DNA of 63,928 bases, filler included, from Phoronis australis (taxonomy: Eukaryota; Animalia; Phoronida): assembly GCA_002633005.1 (NCBI GenBank). It is 6 parts of 6 records of this genome, joined end to end, with 100 filler letters (N's around TTAATTAATTAA, not from the genome) between each part and the next. Parts side by side here need not be neighbours in the genome. Positions count along the whole stretch, not along the records: positions 62,423 to 63,928 come from NMRA01000057.1; 5 more parts are not named here. One strand, written 5' to 3'. The stretch's first letter is position 1, and the number at the start of each line of letters is the position of its first letter. The notes beneath the pieces are model-generated. The model ran no database searches. It saw only the letters and a list, made by a program, of their open reading frames with translations, and was not told the origin of the DNA. The translations under genes were made by a program, and so were the position numbers. This document shows, one piece after another, positions 62,537 through 63,928 of the stretch.

Positions 62537-63928
62537 TGGGCTATATTGGGCTATTTCGTGGCAAAATTTGCCAGTCCTTTCTAAATGACAGCACCTCTGT
62601 AAAATCTTCTCTTGTCATAGTCAGTTTTAGGGTGTTCCTGTCGTCAAGCAGTATTTGACGTATCATAGTGTGGGATGGTCAAGGGGAGATGCGCGTCGCA
62701 ATCTAAATTCCTTCAATTTTCGCTGAATTTAGGGTGTTTTACAAGACGACAAATATTGTCGTCCGAAGTGACAACATTTGCCGAGTGTGACAATATATCC
62801 GCAGGAATCAAAAATACTGTCGCCCCGGAACACATAGTCGCCTCTGGTAGCCAACATTACGGGACGAGTGTGGCAATATGTGTTACAACAGATTAGTTGT
62901 AAGCAAATTTCAGGTACCACCAGGTGTGCAGCTTTGTCTTCAGGTGGTAATGTGAATTTGGAATCGTCATACATGTAAGGAGGCAACAAAAAGAGAAAGT
63001 ACGTAGTCTTGGTATTGACTTGGATAAGAATCCTTGAGGTAGACATTTGTGTACTGTGGCGTTTCAAAACATATCGCACAGAGTCCTTCTTGGCTAAAAT
63101 TTAACCTTTAGTCTTAAGTATCAGTCCACGGATCCACCGACCACTGTACAGCCAACAGGCGGCAAGGTGGGGGGTCAGCCATTCAGAGCCATGTTTAGTC
63201 TGATAAATCACATTAGGGATGAGAGAAATTGGGTGAAGTATGACACCACAAAGTTTGGTGGTTTAGGAGATACAAGGGAAGTGTTCTTGGGGGCAAAATG
63301 AGGCAATTTCTTGGTGTGGAATGAGTCATTTTTGACCAAATTTTCTACTCCAGTTTCTGCTTCAAACAGAATCGTTTCTGAACAATTTTGATATCACACG
63401 ATAGGTTCATGACCAATGTCAGTAAAAACGGCACCGACACTGCAATATCTGTTACCATGGTAACACTGGAACTGTTTCCGTGGAGGTACCTTTCTTTCTT
63501 GTGAAAAACCAGCAGTAAGTTGTACCCTTATAGCGAAGCTGCCCCCGCGAGAAAACTAAAAATAATAACATGGACATGTAGAAGACTCCATGCCCTTGAA
63601 ATTAATACAATAAAAACTTTGTCAGCCCTTCAGGCAGGCTTGGTAATAGGTGTCTGAATTTCACTATTTTCAGACCGCGTATGTGTATTTGTCATGTTAA
63701 ACCAGTTACTAGTTGTGCGCCGTTTCTACGCATTAATATGCCGTGGTATAATACAACAATTAAAAGAATTGGTATGCTTAAATGTTTTTAATTAATTTTA
63801 AAGACACTAGCATTTCCCACTAAAATATGAAATTATACTAAATTTGTTCATTCAACTCGTCTGAATACCAAACTAAAGCTTACAATGCGTTAGTTGAATG
63901 ATGGCTGACCTAAAGTGCGGGTTTGCGA

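Noticed and set aside
62640-63080. ORFs 62675-62896 and 62729-63079
   Set aside because: No recognisable motif or convincing splice structure; neighbouring frames contain stops

Overview
AT-rich, intron-containing animal genomic DNA, most likely from a marine invertebrate (species not determinable). The window has six pieces joined by artificial 100-bp linkers (N44-TTAATTAATTAA-N44), so order across gaps is unverified. Hand-spliced gene models: (1) an ADAR1-like dsRNA adenosine deaminase on + (exons 282-5628; dsRBDs, CHAE and PCGD motifs, one GC-AG intron) for which I could not find the C-terminal half of the deaminase domain; (2) a minus-strand tandem cluster of collagen-less type II membrane proteins ending in a short-chain-collagen-C4/spongin NC1-like domain (complete gene 13574-18637, paralog last exon 26188-26663, orphan first exon 11109-11264); (3) a predicted secreted protein with signal peptide, unknown beta-rich domain, TSP1 repeat and TLDc domain (28834-42445); (4) the last exon of a tyrosine-motif-rich receptor tail (61848-62322, minus). 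The rest is decayed transposons (Penelope, Academ, Kolobok/THAP, LINE, Tc2-like and other MITEs, a probable LTR edge), minisatellites and microsatellites. All family assignments come from motif recognition by eye; no database search was run.
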